The notes below the pieces were generated by a model, which worked only from the letters and a program-made list of their open reading frames with translations, ran no database searches and had not been told where the DNA came from. A stretch of DNA of 60,983 nucleotides, the filler included, from Sluysia triapertura (taxonomy: Eukaryota), in the NCBI GenBank assembly GCA_046118255.1. It is 4 parts of 4 records of this genome, joined end to end, with 100 filler letters (N's around TTAATTAATTAA, not from the genome) between each part and the next. Parts side by side here need not be neighbours in the genome. Positions count along the whole stretch, not along the records: positions 47,957 to 60,983 come from JBJNIA010064966.1; 3 more parts are not named here. One strand, given 5' to 3'. The position numbers and the translations under genes were made by a program. This document shows, piece by piece, positions 54,063 through 60,983 of the stretch; the first letter of the stretch is position 1, and each line of letters begins with the position of its first letter.

Positions 54063-55078
54063 AAACACATTATTAAAATTTTTCGCATCGTAAATTTAAA
54101 ATGTAGTGTTTATTTTATTACTAAATTTAGAAAAAATAAAAACTTATTTTAAAAAAGGAAGATAATTCGAAAGTTCATAATTCTTTATGACACAATATAT
54201 TTTGTTGTTTTTAGTTAATCTAATTTCTGAAATTCAAATAATTGACATTTGATAAATTTTTGAAACTCAATTATCATAGTAGTCTTTGCAAAATATTTTT
54301 ATCACAAACACCTTTATGAATGGGTATAACTTTGGTCCTGCCTATTTTACTCGTTCTTAACCACGGATCTCCCATTAACCATATTTCCGTGATTCAAGAA
54401 AAGAATATGATTTTATGAAAATACATGAAATTTTTTTGACTCTTATGGATGTCAGTAGAACTTATGTATATTGGTTTAACCAGAACCTAAAACCATTTTC
54501 TAAACAAATTTGATTCCACATAGTGTAGTGATTTTATTCGTTTATTCTTTAAACTCAAATTCTAGTTACTTGTTTCTTTTTAGTCAAAGTGATTATCAAG
54601 CTATCAAAAATTAAATTTTCCGTGATTCAGAAATTAAAAATGATTCGTACCTCAAGCGTTATTAAAAATATGGTGCATAATGAACCACTAGATACTAATG
54701 GGTTAAAAAGTAATATAAAAAAATTGACATTATAAAATGCACAAGTCTCAAATTAATAAATTAAAAAACTGGGCTACTTTAATAATCGCTTTTTTCAAAA
54801 TATTATCTGTGATTTAAACGAATTATTTGTACTCAGGATATACTGCCTATATTTTCAAAAAATGGAATTATTGTCTCATGTGACTATTTCAAATTTAGGT
54901 TTGGCAGTCAACGAGCTAAGTTTATTTGTGCGTCGTAGTTAACTACATAATATGTTAAAATGCTGCATATTTATTTTGTATATATTTATAAACATACTTA
55001 CATGTATATATGTTTATATTACATAAATTCTGATTTTAAAATATTTCAACGTAATTCTTAAATATAATTAAAATGTAG

Positions 55079-55472
55079 CCACAAAATAATCAGTGGGAAG
55101 AAAAATTACCAAAGTCACAACTACTACGTTTGCTAAATCTACCACAAATACAGAAATTTTTACAATTGTTTGATAATGTTTTTTACCAAAGTTTGGTTGA
55201 AGTTTTAATTCCTAATGTACTACGACCAATTCCTTCTGCTTTAACTCAAAATATTCGTCATTTTGCTAAATCATTAGAAAGTTGGATGTCAAATGCAACG
55301 AGTAATTTACCAAGTTCAGTAATTCGAGTCAAAATGTCATGTGTCTCTGCACTAGCTCAAACACTGAGACGCCACACCAGTCTTAATCATTTAGCTCAAG
55401 CAGCTAGAGCTGTTCTTAAAAATACTGGGCAAATTACTCAAATGCTTAGTGATTTGAATCGAGTGGATTTTG
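55079..55472 (+). CDS. rfx: RFX coding exon 4 (domain C, start of dimerisation domain)
   Basis: Acceptor tgtag; FYQSLVEVLIPNVLRPIPSALTQNIRHFAKSLESW...QTLRRHTSLNHLAQAARAVL...DLNRVDF; donor G|gtaagt at 55473. Confidence 0.95.
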
Positions 55473-55877
55473 GTAAGTCATAATTCTATTTAGTAATTTA
55501 AATTATATAATTGTAGTAAAAATAATTGTAATTTAAAAAAAAGGATAATAATTAATAAAGCCGATATAAATATGGTCATTGTTACAGTAGAAAAAAATTG
55601 GCAATTTAATGAAATTAGTTGTGGAGTAAAATTGATTATGAATAGATGTTATAAAAAAGAATTGAAAAAAACTTTGGCCTTATAGTAATATCAATAAAAA
55701 TACTACATATGGAGGTCACTTGATATTTATAGTAAGATACACAAGTCTAGCACGCTAATTTTACCTGAATTGCCCGTCTAGCCAAAATGAATTTCTCAGT
55801 ATGTGTTGAATTTAGATGAAATATTATTTACAGTAGAACAGTTAATTTTTGTAATCATTCGTGACGCATTTAATTCA

Positions 55878-55978
55878 GTAGGGTCACCGGTAACCGCCAT
55901 GCGCTGAAAGGCACTTTATTTTATTTTAATCTTAGCTTCACCGGTCACCGGTGAACCCTATGGCATTCAACGTGTTGA
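55878..55978. mobile_element. DNA-transposon terminus (piggyBac-like) in RFX intron 4
   Basis: Two GC-rich palindromic GTCACCGGT(G/A)A motifs followed by AACGTGTTGA. Similar ACGTGTTAA ends occur at about 15553 and 15787. Confidence 0.45.
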
Positions 55979-58599
55979 TGGCACAAATTTATATTACACA
56001 TACCAATAGTAAAAATTTGTATTTTACGTATATATTACCTTTCTAAAAATACGTGTCCGATGTCAAAAATTAAGAAAAAGTGGCATTGCTTTTAAGTCAT
56101 TATATATGTAGTTTTAAAAAGAGCGAGAATTGGCTTATGAAACTACAGATGAATTGATTCGTACTGTTGCAAACCGATTTTCTGTATTGAATTCGGATAC
56201 TTGTTTAAGAAGGCTTTTCTTTCTTACCAGAAGTTATGGTATAAAACATAAAATGAAGGTATCAACTGTAATTTAGTAAATGTATATTAGATGTATTAAA
56301 TGTATTTAAATTATTATTAAAAACAACTTCTATAAAATACAAGTAGGATTTAATTGATTATTAATTGATTACTTACAATTACTTAACTATAAAAGGACTT
56401 AAGATCTGCGGTAAAAATAATTACACTGATAATATAAATGAAAAAAATGAACGGATGAGATGGTGATGAAAACTGGGATTGCGATAAAATAAACTTATTA
56501 TGATTTTAGTGTAAAATTTGTAATTTGTATTGTATGTAAAATGAATTTAATGTGGAAGTTTATAGGTGAGTGGTAATAAAATTATTGTAGATAACTGGGA
56601 CACGAAGAGCAGTACGTGAAAAAAGACCTTTATAGGCTTCAAAATTCCATAAATTTTGATTTTGGCTTTATGTACATGTACACAGTCATCATCAGTTAAC
56701 TCAAAAAACTTCTAACAGAAACGTTACTTATAGTTAAGTATCAATAGAATATATAATTTTTTATTTTGGGATTTGACTTATTTTGATAATTTTTCATAAA
56801 TATTAATTTTTAAATAATCAGATACTAATTTCTGAAAGGAAATTTTTGGACAGAAGGAGAAATAATTATTGACTTTGGAAAAATGAGTCAGGGCAATTGT
56901 AGTGACGGAATTTATTATTTAGAATACATTTATAGATTTTGGAGAATTAATCTTACTGACCGAATTTGTTATTTTATCAATATTGAAAATTTGAATTACC
57001 AAAATTCATTATATACATAAATTACAATGTACCGGAACTAATGAACTTTTGTAACTTTTTAAAGTTAAATTAAATTATGTGAAGTTTAAATCAAATATAA
57101 TTGATCCTATAATTATAATTGTAATTGTTATTTTGGAATAAATTTTTATTTTACTGAGACCTTGAAAGATAATTTTAAAATTTTTGCACTTCCACTGCTA
57201 ACACCGGAGATATCCTTCAAAATTTACGAGTAATTTTTAATGTAAATAAGAGTCATTCATTATTGACAAACTTAAATTAATTTTAAAGTTTTATAAATCT
57301 ATTTTCATTTAAAATTTATTATACAATTAACGAATAAAACTTTTAATTCCATAAAACAGAAAATAAACATTTTCATGAAACTCAGTTATGCAATATTATG
57401 CAAAAGGACGAATAAATTCATAAGATCAATTTGTTTTCCCATGACATATTCAATTGATATTTAGTTCTTAATCTTTGTTGAAACATCTCTATCCTGTATT
57501 AAACGTTATAATTTTTATTCACTTTATATAGTTATCAACAACTGATAATTAGAGACAATAACTTTAACTCATTATTTAAATTAAAATTATGCATATTTCT
57601 AAAAATTTATTTGGTTAAACTCAAATTAGGTCCAGTAACCCTTACATATCAATTTAATTTATATTGTGAGCTCTTTTGTTAGATGGAAAAATCGTCAATA
57701 TAAGATTGAAATCAGGTATTCATGTCTTCTAACGGCAGTAGCAAGTTAATTGACCAAAGTTACTGCAAGCATTATAGGACGTTTTTCAAAATACCTAAAA
57801 TATTTCAACTTTTTTTTCAAATACCACTTTCGTAAAAAGACGTCTAGCATGTCCTAGGACTTTAGAAATCTGAATCATACAATGTCGCTCTTCGATTTTA
57901 TTTATTATTTTAAATTTTTTTAATTCAGCTGTTTCGACCCATTTATTTTGCACGAATCAAAATTTAATTTGTTTATTAATAAAAATATTTTTATCTTGTA
58001 TTTCCATTATTTTGTATCCACATTTATTTCACATCTCTACTTGAGTGAAATTTTAGCTCCTAGCTATTAGTAAATATTTTGTGGATGTGTGATAGAGCGT
58101 TCAAGTTCCATAACATTAGCATATTTAAGAATTGTGTTAAAGATTATTGAGAGTAAGTTTGTCACATTCCAGGGAGTTAATTCCTTGTATGTTGAATGTC
58201 AGGATCTTTTTAAAGATTGTATATGTAAATGACAGTAATGTAGCCAATTTGATGTTTTAATATTATTGTCATAAATATGGTTACAATTAGAAAGACGAAT
58301 TTATGTCAATCATATTAATAGTGAATTGTAACTTAGAATTGGTTACTTTATATCGAAAAATCAAATCACGATGAATAAATATCTCCATATTTTCTTGTGC
58401 CGCAATGACGATTATTTCAAAAAGTAAAAGCTTAGTTATTGGACAAATAACTTGAAATTTTGAGATTTGATAAATAGAATTTAATTTTAATTACTTTAAA
58501 ATAATTTTCGTTACCTATCTTGAATTTGTCACATACAACATATAAATTTCAAATTTTTTAAAATTCTTAAGTGAAAATTTTATCACTTGGATGTTATTA

Positions 58600-59045
58600 T
58601 AATTTTTTATTGAAAAAAAGTGTTAAGCTCTTTCGATGCTTGGCGGATAGATTTTTTAGGAGAGTGAACAAATTTGGATACAAAATTGAACATTATCGAC
58701 TTACTCGGTACAGGTGTTCTGAAGTTTGCTTCCCACATTTCTTCTACATACTTGTAACTAGTCCTTGCATAGTAATTCTTAATAACGAAGGTACGTTTGT
58801 TTAAATCTAAAGTCATTTGTTGCATTTTTAAGAATGAGGGTCAAGGAGCGCACGCTGAACAAAAATCAAGCAATGATGTCAGAACAAAATCAACAAGATC
58901 ACGCAACAAAGTCATTCCAAAGACTACTATTCGCAGAAGGAAATAAAAGAAGAGAAGATAAAATAAAATGACATAAAATGACATTTGTTTTTGATGTCTA
59001 ATTTTTATTGAAGTTTCTGGTTCGGTTACTTTTGGGAAACCCTCT
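58600..59045 (-). mobile_element. Tc1/mariner-superfamily relic (N-terminal HTH region plus one TIR)
   Basis: RTFVIKNYY...PVPSKSIMFNFVSKF..SPKKSIRQASKEL, with an internal deletion. TIR-like AGGGTTTCCCAAAAGTAACC on the - strand at 59024-59043. Confidence 0.7.
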
Positions 59046-59149
59046 CTCTATATATTTATATATTAGTATAAATTTTCAATTGTTAAATTATTTTTAAAGT
59101 TTTTTGTTTTAGGTCATTTAATATTATATATTATACATATTACATTTAG

Positions 59150-59532
59150 GAAATGTGCAAGAACAAGCCAGTTGGGTATGTGGTTGTGATGATCGTCGAG
59201 TTGATAAATTGCAACAAGAATTTAAACACATACTGCAACAACAAGCTGGCTTAGAAGAATGGGCTGAATGGTTAAATCGAGTTGTTACTGAATCTTTAGA
59301 GCCTCATCGAAATTCATCACGTTATCCGACTGCAGCACATCAATTTATTTTACGGTGGTCTTTTTACAGTTCTTTAGTAATTCGTGATTTGACTTTAAGA
59401 TCAGCTGCATCGTTTGGTAGTTTTCATTTAATTAGACTGTTATTTGATGAATATATTTATTACTTGGTGGAACAGAAAGTAGCAGAACAACTAGATTTAA
59501 CATCAGTAGCTGTTACTGGTGATATGGGACGA
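59150..59532 (+). CDS. rfx: RFX coding exon 5 (dimerisation domain D); downstream exon(s) not resolved
   Basis: Phase-1 acceptor tttag; NVQEQASWVC...WSFYSSLVIRDLTLRSAASFGSFHLIRLLFDEY; probable donor gttagt at 59533. Confidence 0.92.
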
Positions 59533-60983
59533 GTTAGTTTTATAAATAATATTTAATCACTGTCAGATTAACTATAAATGTGCCTTTTTTATGTTTATGA
59601 AAAATAAAATAAAATTACCCTAAAATCTTTTATATTGGTCTCATTAATATATAATAAACATCAAATTTTTTAAAAATTCATTTCTTATTTCAGTAAAAAG
59701 TATAGAAAAACATGAATTTATTATTTAGAAGATGATATAGAACAAAGTGAATTATATGAGAAAGCCATTGAAAACGTAGCTGAAAATTTAGCATAGCTTT
59801 ACAATGAATGCGATTTGTATTTTGAAAAATCTGAATTTCAATAAAATTTGTATTGGGCTTAGGATATTATGACATTTAAATGTACAAGGTTGCGTTTTAC
59901 ATTTGCTCATTCCGAACTAAAAGTTGAACAAAAAAGAACAAAAGTTGAAGACATTTTATTAATTTTTATCTAATGACATTTAAAAATTCAGTTATCTTGG
60001 AAAATTTTATATCAGTTTTTTATTTTTAGATTTAAAAATTTATAAACATATATACATTTGGTGAATATATACTCTTCACAAAAATTTTATTACAGTTATC
60101 TTTCAAACCGTTATCATTTGTTTCAGTTGTCTTTGTGGAAACTAAACTGTAAGATCTCAAAATTGAGGCATTTGTGCTATCTCCAGTTCTGTCAAAATAC
60201 GCTACTCAGAAAAACGGATCATTTTAAGATACTATAATTTAACATACTATTGTTTAATATACTATGGATTTGAATATAATTTTGTAGTTACGTAAGATTT
60301 AGGGGATAACATTGCAGGTTTATGATTGTTGTATCAGTTTAAAAATTTTTTTTGTAATGGCATGTTTAAATAGTTTATAAACTATTTTCTAAATTTTCTT
60401 CAGAAATTATCCTCTACTTTAAGAATATTCTACTTTCTACAAAGAATAGAAAAATCTTTGCTTTGTCAAATTTCGAATTCAATGTCTAGCTTTATTAAAA
60501 AAATTCCAAGTGTACACATTTTTTTGAAGTTATGATCTCACGAACATTACAAATTATTATTTAATTACTAATTTAAAAAAATTAATTTTTTAAATAATTT
60601 ATATTAAAAATTGAATATGATTTTCTAATTTTTTAAAATTTATTTGCATTAATTTTTATTTAACCTACAAGGGAAATTATTCAGAATTTTTTTATTTAAA
60701 TAAGCTGCTGCTTATATGAAATTTTAAGTTTCAACTTAATCAATGAATTCAATTTAGATTTCTAGTAATAATTTTAATAATAACTATACTAATTAGAAAG
60801 TAATAAAGATTATTTAAAATCGTTTAAATTGTTGAATCGCAGGTCAAATATTTTATGTTCCATTATAATCCATTTTATGAATTAGGCTCTCTTCAATAGT
60901 TAAAAATGGATATATAGAATATTGAAAATAGTGCCATTATTCAGTGAAAGATTATTTAGATCTTTTATGCGGATCATAGTTTA

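Overview
Very AT-rich eukaryotic (metazoan, plausibly flatworm; inference only) genomic scaffold with four assembly gaps, three of them holding an artificial TTAATTAATTAA linker. Host genes: (1) the last three coding exons of a huntingtin homologue (+; 16110-16375, 30011-30180, 30288-30609); (2) a convergent, unidentified Ser/Thr/Asn-rich gene on the - strand (four phase-compatible exons, 39792 to 31749); (3) an RFX1/2/3 (daf-19-like) transcription factor (+; five coding exons, 50746-59532, 3' end unresolved). The rest is mostly transposon material: an open, almost CpG-free MULE transposase at the window start, hAT, piggyBac and Tc1/mariner relics and MITEs, at least two families of degenerate LTR-like repeats, and microsatellites. 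The most unusual signals are a two-copy element built around a tRNA-like cassette framed by TG...CA inverted repeats with a PBS-like motif and a (CAA)n tail, and an interspaced array of bulged hairpins at 6824-7240.
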